From Brevibacterium luteolum (GTDB lineage Bacteria > Actinomycetota > Actinomycetes > Actinomycetales > Brevibacteriaceae): a DNA stretch of 64,000 nucleotides. Each line of letters opens with the position of its first letter. The first letter of the stretch is position 1. Shown here one piece after another: positions 42,088-52,117 of this stretch. The notes under the pieces were generated by a model. It worked only from the letters and a program-made list of their open reading frames with translations, was not told the DNA's origin and ran no database searches. The translations under genes were made by a program, and so were the position numbers. The stretch is from the NCBI RefSeq assembly GCF_013004595.1, contig NZ_JABEMC010000005.1, positions 186,001 to 250,000 on the forward strand, written 5' to 3'.

Positions 42088-43388
42088 CCCTGCCAGAGTG
42101 CGGCGATGCCGGTGAGCGAGTTCCAGCCCAGCCAGATCGTGACCAGCCAGGTGAGCGTACCGAGGGCGGCGAGCCACTTGGGGTACTGGTAGCCGTGCAG
42201 CAGGTCGCGGCGGGCCCAGGCGACCCACAGGACGACGGCGAAGCCGATTGGCAGGATGAGGCCGTTGAAGGCGCCGGCGAAGATGAGCAGTGTCTGCGGG
42301 GCCTGGTCGAGGATGAGGAAGGCGGTCGCGCACACGGCAATGAAGGCGATGGTGAGCAGGTTGCGGGTGCGCGCGCTCGTCCGCTGGGTGGTGACGAAGC
42401 TGATCGAGGTGTACGAGGCGCCGATGACCGAGGTGAGGCCGGCGGCCCACAGCACGACACCGAAGACGCGCAGGCCGACTTCACCGGCGGCGGCGAGGAA
42501 CGCATCGGCGGCGGTGTTGTCCTGCGACAGCGTCACGCCGCCTGCGACGACGCCGAGGATGGCGAGGAAGAGCAGCACGCGCATGACGCCGGTGATGATA
42601 ATCGAGAGCACCGAGACCTGGGTGATGTGGCCGACGTTCTCACGTCCGGTGATCTTCGAGTCAATGAGGCGGTGGGCGCCGGCGAAGGTGATGTAGCCGC
42701 CGACGGTGCCGCCGATGAGGGTAGTGACGACGAGGAAGTCGACCTCCTCGGGCAGCACGGTGTTCTTCAGCGCCTCGCCGACCGGCGGCTGGGAGACGAT
42801 GGCGACGTAGAGCATGAGCAGGATCATGATCGCGCCGAGTGCGACGACGATGCGGTCGAGTGCGACGCCGGCGCGCTTGGACAGGAAGATGAAGATCGCG
42901 ATGAGCGCTGAGACCGCGCCGCCGATCTTCGCGTCGATGCCGAGCATCGCGTTGGTGCCCAGGCCGGCACCGCCGATGTTGCCGATGTTGAAGATGAGCC
43001 CGCCGACGAAGACGAAGGCGGCCATCACCCAGCCGATACCCGGCAGCACCCGGTTGCCCAGTTCGTTGGCACGCAGCCCGGTGACGCCGAGGACGCGCCA
43101 GACGTTGAGCTGGATGGCGATGTCGACGAGCAGGGAGACAAGAATCGCAAACGCGAAGGCCACGCCGAGCTGGACGGTGAACACCGAGGTCTGGGTGATG
43201 AAGCCCGGGCCGATCGAGGAGGTGGCCATGAGGAACATGGCCCCGAAGATCGCGGTGCGACCGGTCGCCCCGATGGTGACGGCCTTCTTCGCATCGGCCG
43301 GTGTGCCGTTTGCCGGGGCGGTGTCGCCTGGCTGGGCTGTGTGGGCGCCGGTGTGATCGGGCGTGGGGTCCGGGGTGTGGCTGCTCAT
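42084..43388 (-). CDS. YcsG-like NRAMP-family transporter (probable 5-oxoproline uptake)
   Basis: FLMATSSIGPGFITQT, FNIGNIGG, GGTVGGYITFAGAHRL; pxp gene context. Confidence 0.88.
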   Translation of the reverse strand: MSSHTPDPTPDHTGAHTAQPGDTAPANGTPADAKKAVTIGATGRTAIFGAMFLMATSSIGPGFITQTSVFTVQLGVAFAFAILVSLLVDIAIQLNVWRVLGVTGLRANELGNRVLPGIGWVMAAFVFVGGLIFNIGNIGGAGLGTNAMLGIDAKIGGAVSALIAIFIFLSKRAGVALDRIVVALGAIMILLMLYVAIVSQPPVGEALKNTVLPEEVDFLVVTTLIGGTVGGYITFAGAHRLIDSKITGRENVGHITQVSVLSIIITGVMRVLLFLAILGVVAGGVTLSQDNTAADAFLAAAGEVGLRVFGVVLWAAGLTSVIGASYTSISFVTTQRTSARTRNLLTIAFIAVCATAFLILDQAPQTLLIFAGAFNGLILPIGFAVVLWVAWARRDLLHGYQYPKWLAALGTLTWLVTIWLGWNSLTGIAALWQG

Positions 43389-43460
43389 CGTGCTTCCTCG
43401 CTCGGGTGGGCGCGGGCGGCACCGGTGCGGTGGCTGCCCTGTGACGCGACACACTCTAGC

Positions 43461-43474
43461 AATTGTTCAACAAT
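43461..43474. promoter_or_regulatory. Operator (ATTGTTCAACAAT) upstream of the ycsG-like gene
   Basis: Palindrome matching the 36216 site. Confidence 0.7.
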
Positions 43475-43552
43475 GAGCGCGAGGGGAGGGGGTGTGGACA
43501 GGGACCGCTGCGCGGTTCGGTTCGCGCCGGCGCCGAGGCGGTGGCTGGGTAG

Positions 43553-44854
43553 TCAGGTGAGCTTCTGAAGTGCCAGGTGGGTGAGCCATTCGAGGGGGCC
43601 GCGGGTGGCCGGTCCGCGCACGCCGCGGCGGGCGGCGATCGCCTGCCAGACGAGTGCGAAGGCAATGACGGCTGCGAGCACGGCAACGAAACCGGTGATG
43701 GTGAGCGCCAGGCGGGCATCGGGGAACCGGCCGGCGAGGTCGAGACCCCAGCCGAAGAACAGGGCGCCGGCGAGCAGGTTCTGGCCGACGTAGACGCTCA
43801 GCGACATCCGCCCGGCGGCCGCGCACGCCGTCTCGATGACCCGGGGGATCCAGCGGTGCAGGCTGGCATGGGCGATGAGGGCGAGCAGACCGACGGCGAC
43901 GAGGCTGGCGGTGAGGTAGCGCTGGGCGACGACCGCCGCCGGGGAGCCGATGATGCCCAGCAACAGGTCGACAGGTGCGGCAGCGGCGCCGATGAGCAGG
44001 CAGCGGCGGCGCAGCCGGGCGCCGCCTGGGGTGAAGATGCCTCCTGCGAACAGGCGGGCACCGATGAGGAAGAGGCAGATGCCCATGGCGAGGGTGAAGA
44101 TCGGTTCGGCGCGGAAGATGAGGCTGTTGTCGAGGCGGAAGACGGCGAGTTCAGTGAAGCCGGCCTCGCGGTAGGGGTTGACGCCGTGCCACAGCGGCCA
44201 GTCGGCGGCCGAGCCGGTGAGCTCGGAACCGGCATCACCGTTGGCGCTTCCCGGCTGGGTGAGCAGCAGGAGGCTGAGCAGGCCGATGCCCAACACATGG
44301 AGGACCCCGGTCACCCAGGCCCAGATGCGCGTGCTGCGTGGGGAGGTGGCGATGATGCCGGCGATGATGAAGCCGGTGACGGCATAGCCCATGAGCACGT
44401 CGAATTCGGCGATGAGGATGAAGTTGATGAGCCCATCGAGGAACAGCAGCCCTGCGCGCGGGGCGTAGGTGCGCAGCCAGCCGCGGCGCCCGCGGCGCTT
44501 GCGCCAGGCGGTGAACTGCAGGAACACGCCGATGCCGAACATCATCATGAGCAGGGAGAGGAACTTGCCGTTGCTCAAGGAGCTGAGCACCTGGAAGGCC
44601 AGCGTCTGAGCACCTGCGGGAATCCCGGCGAGGGGATCGAGGAGGGAGCCCAGCAGGCCAGCGGGGTGGGTGAAGAGCCAGATATTGGTGCCGAGCGTGC
44701 CGAGCACGGCGGCACCGCGGGCGATGTCGAGTCCGGCGATGCGTCGGCAGCCAGGGGCAGCTGCGACGTCACGAGCGGAGGCATCAGCGGGACTGGCTGG
44801 CCGGTCGTCACGAACGGCGGGAGCCGCTGCCCCGCGGGTGGGTGAGGTCTTCAT
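43553..44854 (-). CDS. DUF418/YeiB family membrane protein
   Basis: RIAGLDIARG, GKFLSL, DVLMGYA, GRMSLSVYVGQ, GPLEW. Confidence 0.9.
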   Translation of the reverse strand: MKTSPTRGAAAPAVRDDRPASPADASARDVAAAPGCRRIAGLDIARGAAVLGTLGTNIWLFTHPAGLLGSLLDPLAGIPAGAQTLAFQVLSSLSNGKFLSLLMMMFGIGVFLQFTAWRKRRGRRGWLRTYAPRAGLLFLDGLINFILIAEFDVLMGYAVTGFIIAGIIATSPRSTRIWAWVTGVLHVLGIGLLSLLLLTQPGSANGDAGSELTGSAADWPLWHGVNPYREAGFTELAVFRLDNSLIFRAEPIFTLAMGICLFLIGARLFAGGIFTPGGARLRRRCLLIGAAAAPVDLLLGIIGSPAAVVAQRYLTASLVAVGLLALIAHASLHRWIPRVIETACAAAGRMSLSVYVGQNLLAGALFFGWGLDLAGRFPDARLALTITGFVAVLAAVIAFALVWQAIAARRGVRGPATRGPLEWLTHLALQKLT

Positions 44855-44862
44855 AGCCGAAA

Positions 44863-44903
44863 CAATACAGTCGTATGGTCAGGTGTGCAATACGCTTGTA
44901 TTC
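44863..44903. promoter_or_regulatory. Two palindromic TetR operators
   Basis: CAATACAGTCGTATGG and CAATACGCTTGTATTC between the divergent DUF418 and TetR genes. Confidence 0.6.
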
Positions 44904-44943
44904 CCGGTGCGTAAGCACCGTGACCGCCGACAGAGAAGGATCC

Positions 44944-45612
44944 ATGAGCACCAGCAGAGACCACATCGTCGAGGCGATCGTCACCGTCATCGCTGCAGGC
45001 GGCATCGAGAAGGCCACCGTCCGCACGGTCGCCAGTCAGGCCGGGGTGTCGATCGGCGCGGTCCAGCACCACTTCCCCAGCAAGGCCGCGATGCTGACCG
45101 CAGCGATGGAGGCGATCTCGGATGCTGTCACCGCCGACATCGAGGACTACCTCAGCACTTTGGAACCAGCCGGCACTCCTGCCGAAGCGGCCGGGCAGGC
45201 CGCCTCAGTGCTGCGCCACCTGTCCTTCATGCTCTGCTCGATCAGCGAGGACGACCTCGCTGCCGCCGGCATCTGGCTCGACTTCGTCGCCCTGTCCCGT
45301 GTCACCCCCTCACTCGCCGAGATCCACGCCCGCACATGGGCCCAGCTGCGGAAGCAGATGAGCGAACTCGTCACGGCAGCCCACCCGCACCATCCCGATC
45401 CCGAGGCGGCGGCCGGGTGGGCGCTGGCGACCTTCGACGGCATCGCCGTCTCCAGGGTGGCCGAGCCGCAGTTCATGACCGGCCCGCGGGCTGCAGCCCT
45501 GGCTGAGCGGACACTGGCGGCGATCGCCACGGAGGCAGTCGAGGCCCCCGGAACCGGCACCTCGGGAGCGGAGCCAGCCACCGCCTCGGCACCGGTGACC
45601 GGCACCGTCTGA
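44944..45612 (+). CDS. TetR (BetI-like) regulator
   Basis: TVRTVASQAGVSIGAVQHHFPSK; GAAGGA RBS. Confidence 0.92.
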   Translation: MSTSRDHIVEAIVTVIAAGGIEKATVRTVASQAGVSIGAVQHHFPSKAAMLTAAMEAISDAVTADIEDYLSTLEPAGTPAEAAGQAASVLRHLSFMLCSISEDDLAAAGIWLDFVALSRVTPSLAEIHARTWAQLRKQMSELVTAAHPHHPDPEAAAGWALATFDGIAVSRVAEPQFMTGPRAAALAERTLAAIATEAVEAPGTGTSGAEPATASAPVTGTV

Positions 45613-45807
45613 ACCACCGCCTCGGGCACGGGGATGAGCGGACACGATTTGGACACAATCACCGGTGCCGCACAGCCGCCAGTGACTTGTGACATGCTTC
45701 ACGATAAGCTCATCGGCACACCGCACTTTCGGTGGGCGCCGGAGCACCGGCGCCGGGTTCGCACCACCCGGTGACAACCTCACCGCACCGCAACCAGGAG
45801 GAATTCC

Positions 45808-46629
45808 GTGAAGCGATCCTTGAGCATTGCTGCCCTGACGGCGGCATCAGTCCTAGTCCTGTCCGCCTGCGGCGGCAGCGGCGGAGACGACGGCAACGGC
45901 GCCGAAGGCTTCCAGCCCGTCTCCGGCGGCAAACTGACCCTGTGCTCCGACATCCCCTATGAGCCGTTCGAGTTCACCGACGAGAACAACGAGACCGTCG
46001 GCTTCGACATCGACCTGGCCAACAAGCTCGCCGAGCGTCTCGACCTCGAACTCGACGTCGTCACTACCGGCTTCGAAGCCATCGAATCAGGCTCCGCACT
46101 CGACACCGCGCAGTGCGACCTGGCGCTGTCGGGCATGTCGATCACCGAAGAGCGAGCGACGAAGTTCGACTTCTCCCACAAGTACCTGCTCGACAACCTC
46201 GGCCTCATGGTCACCAAGGAATCGGGCATCACATCACTCGATGAGCTCAAGGACAAAGAGGTCGGGGCTCAGCAGGCGACGACCGGTGAGGCGTATGCCA
46301 AGGACGCCGGAGCCAAGGTCGTGCAGTTCGAAGATTCCGGCCTGCTGACCCAGGCGATCACCTCGGGCCAGATCGACGCTGCGGTGGCGAACCTCTCGAC
46401 GATCTACGCCGCCACCCAGGCCAGCGACAAGCTCGAGCTCGCCGAGGACTACGACACCGACGAGGCACTCGGCGCCGGCTTCAAGAAGGGCAACACCGAA
46501 CTTGCCGATGAGTTCAACACGATGCTCGGCGAGATGTTCGAAGACGGCTCGTACGACGAGCTCGTCGACGAATGGTTCGGCGAGGTCGCCGATGCCGCGA
46601 AGGTCCCGGAGGACCAGCGCGGATCCTGA
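45808..46629 (+). CDS. Polar amino-acid ABC transporter substrate-binding lipoprotein
   Basis: Lipobox LSAC, PYEPFEF, GFDIDLA. Confidence 0.92.
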   Translation: MKRSLSIAALTAASVLVLSACGGSGGDDGNGAEGFQPVSGGKLTLCSDIPYEPFEFTDENNETVGFDIDLANKLAERLDLELDVVTTGFEAIESGSALDTAQCDLALSGMSITEERATKFDFSHKYLLDNLGLMVTKESGITSLDELKDKEVGAQQATTGEAYAKDAGAKVVQFEDSGLLTQAITSGQIDAAVANLSTIYAATQASDKLELAEDYDTDEALGAGFKKGNTELADEFNTMLGEMFEDGSYDELVDEWFGEVADAAKVPEDQRGS

Positions 46630-46639
46630 TCCTGCTGCC

Positions 46640-46689
46640 CCGCACCCGAGGCGGGCCGACGCACTGACGCCGGCCCGCCTCGGGCACGG
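46640..46689. repeat. Hairpin formed by two inverted copies of the 14-bp motif
   Basis: CCCGAGGCGGGCCG...CGGCCCGCCTCGGG after the SBP gene. Confidence 0.75.
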
Positions 46690-46782
46690 CAGGGTTGACA
46701 CACTGAGCGAGCGGCCAGCCGGCGGCGCGAACCGCAGCCGGGGCGGCAGCACGACTCCACCCACCCCACAAGGAGCTTTACG

Positions 46783-47574
46783 GTGGCAATGACTATGCGC
46801 CAGCGGGCACGCATGTCCCGCGGCATCCAGTACGCGATTCTCATCATCGCCGTCATCGTCGCGGCATTCCTCGCCGACTGGGGCACGATCTTCGGGAAGT
46901 TCTTCAACCCGCAGGTCATGGCCGACCAGTTCCCCGGCATCATCACGATCGCGCTGAAGAACACCCTCATCTACACCGCCCTGGGCTTCGTGCTCGGACT
47001 GGCGCTGGGCATCCTGCTCGCGCTCATGAAGATCTCCTCCGTCGGGCCCTACCGGTGGCTCTCGACCCTGTACATCGAGTTCTTCCGCGGGGTCCCGGCT
47101 CTGCTTGTGTTCATCGCGCTGGGCTACGGCATCCCATACGCCTTCGGCATGCGGATGGACACGTACCTCACCGTCATGCTTGCGCTGGGCATCGTGTCGT
47201 CTGCCTACATCGCCGAAACCCTGCGCGCCGGCCTGCAGGCCGTACCCAAGGGCCAGTACGAGGCGGCCCGCTCACTGGGCATGACGCACTCGCGGGCGAT
47301 GATCACGATCGTCATCCCGCAGGCGTTCCGCATCATCCTGCCGCCGCTGACGAACGAGATCATCCTCATGACGAAGGACTCCTCGCTCATCTACCTGCTC
47401 GGCCTTGCCGCCAGCCAGTACGAGCTGACGAAGTTCGGCCGCGAGGCGATCACCGCTCCCGAGGCGGGCCTGACCCCGCTGGTGGTCGCCGGTGCCTGCT
47501 ACCTCGTCATCACCGTGCCGCTGGGCATCCTGGCCCGGAGGTTCGAGTCCCGTACCGCCAAGATCAAGAAGTAG
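46783..47574 (+). CDS. Polar amino-acid ABC transporter permease
   Basis: YIEFFRGVP, AETLRAG, GQYEAARSLG, KDSSL. Confidence 0.94.
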   Translation: MAMTMRQRARMSRGIQYAILIIAVIVAAFLADWGTIFGKFFNPQVMADQFPGIITIALKNTLIYTALGFVLGLALGILLALMKISSVGPYRWLSTLYIEFFRGVPALLVFIALGYGIPYAFGMRMDTYLTVMLALGIVSSAYIAETLRAGLQAVPKGQYEAARSLGMTHSRAMITIVIPQAFRIILPPLTNEIILMTKDSSLIYLLGLAASQYELTKFGREAITAPEAGLTPLVVAGACYLVITVPLGILARRFESRTAKIKK

Positions 47575-48468
<894 letters not shown>

Positions 48469-48471
48469 GCA

Positions 48472-48511
48472 ACCACCGCCTCGGGAACGGGACACCCGCC
48501 TCGGGAACGGG
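48472..48511 (+). repeat. Two tandem copies (20-bp period) of the 14-bp motif
   Basis: CGCCTCGGGAACGG at 48477 and 48497. Confidence 0.85.
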
Positions 48512-48546
48512 CCCGGGGCGTGAAGTCCACCAGCACAGGAGACGAC

Positions 48547-49371
48547 ATGACACGCACACGGCACCTCACCACACTCACCGCACTGGCTGCCGCCGGAGCC
48601 CTGATGCTCTCCGCCTGCGGCGGAAGCGGATCCGGCGCGACCGACGGCGGCAGCGACTACCAGCTGGCCAAGGACGGCAAGCTCATCATGTGCTCAACGC
48701 TGCCGTATGAGCCCTTCGAGTTCACCCGCGATGGAGAGTCGGTCGGATTCGACATCGACCTGGCGAAGAAGCTCGCCGAGCGGCTCGACCTGGAGTACGA
48801 GCTCGTCGACACCGGGTTCGAGGCGATCGAGTCGGCCTCGGTGCTCGACACGCAGCAGTGCGACATCTCGCTGGCGGGCATGACGATCACCGATGACCGG
48901 GCGACGAAGATGGACTTCACCGACGCCTACCTGCTCGACAACCTCGCGCTTATGGTGCGCAAGGACTCCGGCATCACGTCGATTGCCGAGCTCAGGGGCA
49001 AGGAGGTCGGCGTCAAACAGGCGACGACCGGTGAGAAGTACGCCCAGGAGCAGGGCGCGGAGACCGTGCAGTTCGAGGACAACACGATCATGATCCAGGC
49101 GATCAGCTCCGGGCAGGTCAACGCGATGGTCTCGAACGTGTCGATGATCTACTCTGCCGTACAGACTGATGACAACCTGGAGCTCGTCGAAAGCTACGAC
49201 ACCAACGAGCAGCTCGGCGCCGCGGTCGTCAAGGGCAACGACAAGCTGGCCGAGGAGTTCAACACGATGCTCGGCGAGATGTATGAGGACGGGTCGTATG
49301 ACGAGCTCGTCGACGAATGGTTCGGCGAGGTCGCTGATGCCGCGCGGATCCCGCCAGACCAGCGCGGCTGA
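48547..49371 (+). CDS. Second polar amino-acid substrate-binding lipoprotein (paralog of 45808)
   Basis: Lipobox LSAC; extensive identity to the first SBP. Confidence 0.92.
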   Translation: MTRTRHLTTLTALAAAGALMLSACGGSGSGATDGGSDYQLAKDGKLIMCSTLPYEPFEFTRDGESVGFDIDLAKKLAERLDLEYELVDTGFEAIESASVLDTQQCDISLAGMTITDDRATKMDFTDAYLLDNLALMVRKDSGITSIAELRGKEVGVKQATTGEKYAQEQGAETVQFEDNTIMIQAISSGQVNAMVSNVSMIYSAVQTDDNLELVESYDTNEQLGAAVVKGNDKLAEEFNTMLGEMYEDGSYDELVDEWFGEVADAARIPPDQRG

Positions 49372-49458
49372 GGGCGCGTGGCTGCTGGGCCGTGGGTGCT
49401 GGGCCGAGGGTGGCTGGAGCTGCCGATGGCCCTGAAACTGGCCGCGGCTCAGTGCCGT

Positions 49459-49526
49459 GAGAAAAGTTAGTAAAGTTGTTCATGGTTTTTCGAGCAGAAA
49501 CCATGAATAGCTTTACTAACTTTCTC
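49459..49526. repeat. AT-rich long palindrome, copy A
   Basis: AAAGTTAGTAAAGTTGTTCATGGTTT...AAACCATGAATAGCTTTACTAACTTT. Confidence 0.9.
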
Positions 49527-49584
49527 TGGTGATGGCCGGGGCGGCTTCTGACAGGACACGTTCGATGCAACTGTGGAGGAACCA

Positions 49585-50316
49585 ATGACCGATAACGCTT
49601 ACGCACATCCGCGATTGGCGAAGCTCTACGACGGCTTCGAAGGTGACCGCTCCGATCTCGACTGCTACGTCGAGGTGCTCAGCGAGGCGGGCGTGCGCTC
49701 GGTACTCGACGTTGGATGCGGCACCGGAGTGTTCGCACTGCGGCTCTCCGATCTGGGCTTGGAGGTCACCGGGGTCGATCCCGGCGCCGGCATGATTGAT
49801 GTCGCGCGTGCCAAGCCTGGCGCGGATGCGGTGAGGTGGATCGTCGGTGAAGCCGCAGACGCCCTGCCGATTCAAGTCGATGCGGTCACGATGACGGCCA
49901 ATGTCGCGATGGTCTTCACCTCCGACGATCACTGGGAAGCGACGTTACAGGCCATTCATGCCGCGCTGCGGCCTGGCGGGCTCCTCGCGTTCGAGTCGCG
50001 CAACCCCGCCGATCGCGGTTGGGACCGGTGGGGCCACCCTTATATGGAGATGGACGTAGCAGACGAGAGGATCGTGACATCGCAAGAGGTCACCTCCGTC
50101 AACCTGCCGCTCGTGACGTTCGTCGACACCAACCGGTTCCTCAGCGACGGAGAAGTGCTGACGTCCACGTCGACGCTGCGGTTCCGGGAGGAGGCGGAGA
50201 TTCGCACGTCCCTGAAGGAGTGCGGATTCACCGAGATCGACGTTCGCGATCTGCCCTATGCCCCGGGCCGCGGCTGGCTCGTCGTCTGCCGGAAGCCTGC
50301 GGGAGAAAGTTTGTAG
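49585..50316 (+). CDS. Class I SAM-dependent methyltransferase
   Basis: VLDVGCGTG, VTGVDP, LRPGGLLAFESRNP; GGAGGA RBS. Confidence 0.92.
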   Translation: MTDNAYAHPRLAKLYDGFEGDRSDLDCYVEVLSEAGVRSVLDVGCGTGVFALRLSDLGLEVTGVDPGAGMIDVARAKPGADAVRWIVGEAADALPIQVDAVTMTANVAMVFTSDDHWEATLQAIHAALRPGGLLAFESRNPADRGWDRWGHPYMEMDVADERIVTSQEVTSVNLPLVTFVDTNRFLSDGEVLTSTSTLRFREEAEIRTSLKECGFTEIDVRDLPYAPGRGWLVVCRKPAGESL

Positions 50317-50366
50317 AGCTACTCATCTGATCCGGCCCTCAGAATATGAACAGCTCTACAAACTTT
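50306..50366. repeat. AT-rich long palindrome, copy B (overlaps the methyltransferase stop)
   Basis: AAAGTTTGTAGAGCTACTCAT...ATGAACAGCTCTACAAACTTT; related in sequence to copy A. Confidence 0.9.
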
Positions 50367-50395
50367 GCGCGGACAGGGTTCGCTCCGGGGATTCG

Positions 50396-50447
50396 CTGGT
50401 CAGACTTTGGCCCTGCTGAGTGCTTCAGAGGGTCAAAGTGTGACCAG
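50396..50447. repeat. Third imperfect palindrome
   Basis: CTGGTCAGACTTTGGCCCT...AGGGTCAAAGTGTGACCAG (17/19 paired). Confidence 0.75.
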
Positions 50448-50492
50448 TCTTCAGAGAGCCCCAAGCAGGCCTGAACCAGCCGAGTTCAGCGA

Positions 50493-51764
50493 TCAGGCAA
50501 ACGCGGCGAGCACCTGGCCGACGGCCAGTCCGAGGAAGGTGCCGGCGAAGGCGCCGATGAGGGCGAAGAGCACACCGACCGGGACGAGCTGCCGGTTGAA
50601 GGCGCTCGCAACGACCGGGGCTGAGGCCACTCCACCGATGTTGGCCGTCGACGCCACGGCGATGCTGAACAGCTCGGTCTTCGTCGCCTTGGCGTACAGC
50701 ACCATGAGCACGAGGTGGATGAGCACCACCATGACGCCGGCAAGCAGGTACAGCGGCGCCTCGACGAGCGAGGTGAAGTCGGAGTCGGCGGCGATGACGC
50801 CGATGATGATGTAGAGCATGATCTGGGCGACTTCCGAAGAGCCGGGCATCTTGCCCCAGCGGGTCGAGCCGATGATGAGGCCGAGGACGGAGACGATGAG
50901 GATCGTCCACGTCGTCGAGGTCACGACGACGCCGATCTCCGGCAGCAGACCGCCGATCCATGTCGCCGCAGCTGAGGCGAACAGGCCCAGGGCGAGCACC
51001 CGGAACAGGGAGACGAGATCGAGAGTCTCCCCCGCCTCGGCGCCGGTGGCAGCGGGCGCGCCGGCGGCGGTAGACGCACCGGCCGCGGCAGGCGCGTCGG
51101 TGGCGGCGGGTGCACGGGTGGCGGCGGTGGAAGCGGTCGCGCCGGTGGCGGCGGGTGCTGTGGCGGAGGAGTGGACGTCGAGATAGGATGTGTCGGCTTT
51201 GGTCCAGGCGTTGAAGCGGTCGGAGACGGTGACCGAGGAGAACATCACGAGCAGCCACACGGAGTAGATGATCGTGTCGACGATGAGCACGTGGCCGAAG
51301 ACGTTCTCCGGGGCATCGAGGATCCCCTGTACGGCGACCATGTTGGCCGATCCACCGGTCCACGAGGCGGCGAGCGCGGACAGGCCCTTCCACGCCTCGG
51401 GGTCGAGCAGGCCGCGGAAGACGAGGAACGTCAGCACGAAACCGAGCAGGATCGACAGGGCCGAGGCCGCATAGGTCAGCAGCAGCTTGGGGCCGAGCTT
51501 GATGATCTGGCGGATGTCGCACTGGAAGAGCAGCAGCATGATCATCGCCGGCAGGAGCGCGTCCTTGACCCCGCCGCCGACGTCGGTGATCGAGTCGGAT
51601 TCGCCGAAGACGCCGATGGTGTTGAGCAGCGCGGCGATGAGGTAGAGGAACACGAAGCCGGGCACGAATCTGAAGACACGCACTCCGCGGCGCTTCTCCA
51701 GGTAGACGAGGACGGCTGAGATGGCGATGAGCAGGCTGAGGAAGAGGAATCCGTCGGTGATCAT
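50493..51764 (-). CDS. DUF819 family membrane protein
   Basis: SWTGGSANMVA, ASTANIGGVASAPVVA; Ala/Thr-rich internal insertion. Confidence 0.9.
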   Translation of the reverse strand: MITDGFLFLSLLIAISAVLVYLEKRRGVRVFRFVPGFVFLYLIAALLNTIGVFGESDSITDVGGGVKDALLPAMIMLLLFQCDIRQIIKLGPKLLLTYAASALSILLGFVLTFLVFRGLLDPEAWKGLSALAASWTGGSANMVAVQGILDAPENVFGHVLIVDTIIYSVWLLVMFSSVTVSDRFNAWTKADTSYLDVHSSATAPAATGATASTAATRAPAATDAPAAAGASTAAGAPAATGAEAGETLDLVSLFRVLALGLFASAAATWIGGLLPEIGVVVTSTTWTILIVSVLGLIIGSTRWGKMPGSSEVAQIMLYIIIGVIAADSDFTSLVEAPLYLLAGVMVVLIHLVLMVLYAKATKTELFSIAVASTANIGGVASAPVVASAFNRQLVPVGVLFALIGAFAGTFLGLAVGQVLAAFA

Positions 51765-51921
51765 GAGGGGCTCCGGTTGGGGATGTGAGGGGCGGGTGCT
51801 CGGTAAGCGAAACCGGAGCTGAGGAGCCGCCGGCGTCACTGCCGAGCACGTGCCACGTTAGCAGGTGCGGGCATGTGACGCTGAGAGGAGCTGGGATGAC
51901 CGCGCACAGTGCAGCTGCACA

Positions 51922-52011
51922 GTGCATCGGCACAGCATTGCGGTTCGGATCTCATGTTTGTGCATCGGCACAGCTTCGCGGTTCGGATGTCACGTTTGTG
52001 CTTCAGCCCAC
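51922..52011. repeat. 38-bp tandem repeat (about 2.4 copies) in the divergent promoter region
   Basis: GTGCATCGGCACAGC at 51922 and 51960, degenerate copy at 51998. Confidence 0.85.
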
Positions 52012-52117
52012 ACATGAGCCGGGCAGAGAGAGTAACGTGGTCCGGGGATACGCCTGTGCTCACGGCGCCCCGGCGCCCTCGCGGCCAGCCGCAGTCACCT
52101 ACGCTTCAGGAGATCCA

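Noticed and set aside
49459..50366. Integron attC sites
   Set aside because: GTT lies on the left arm and AAC on the right, the reverse of attC (RYYYAAC...GTTRRRY), and no integron integrase is present.
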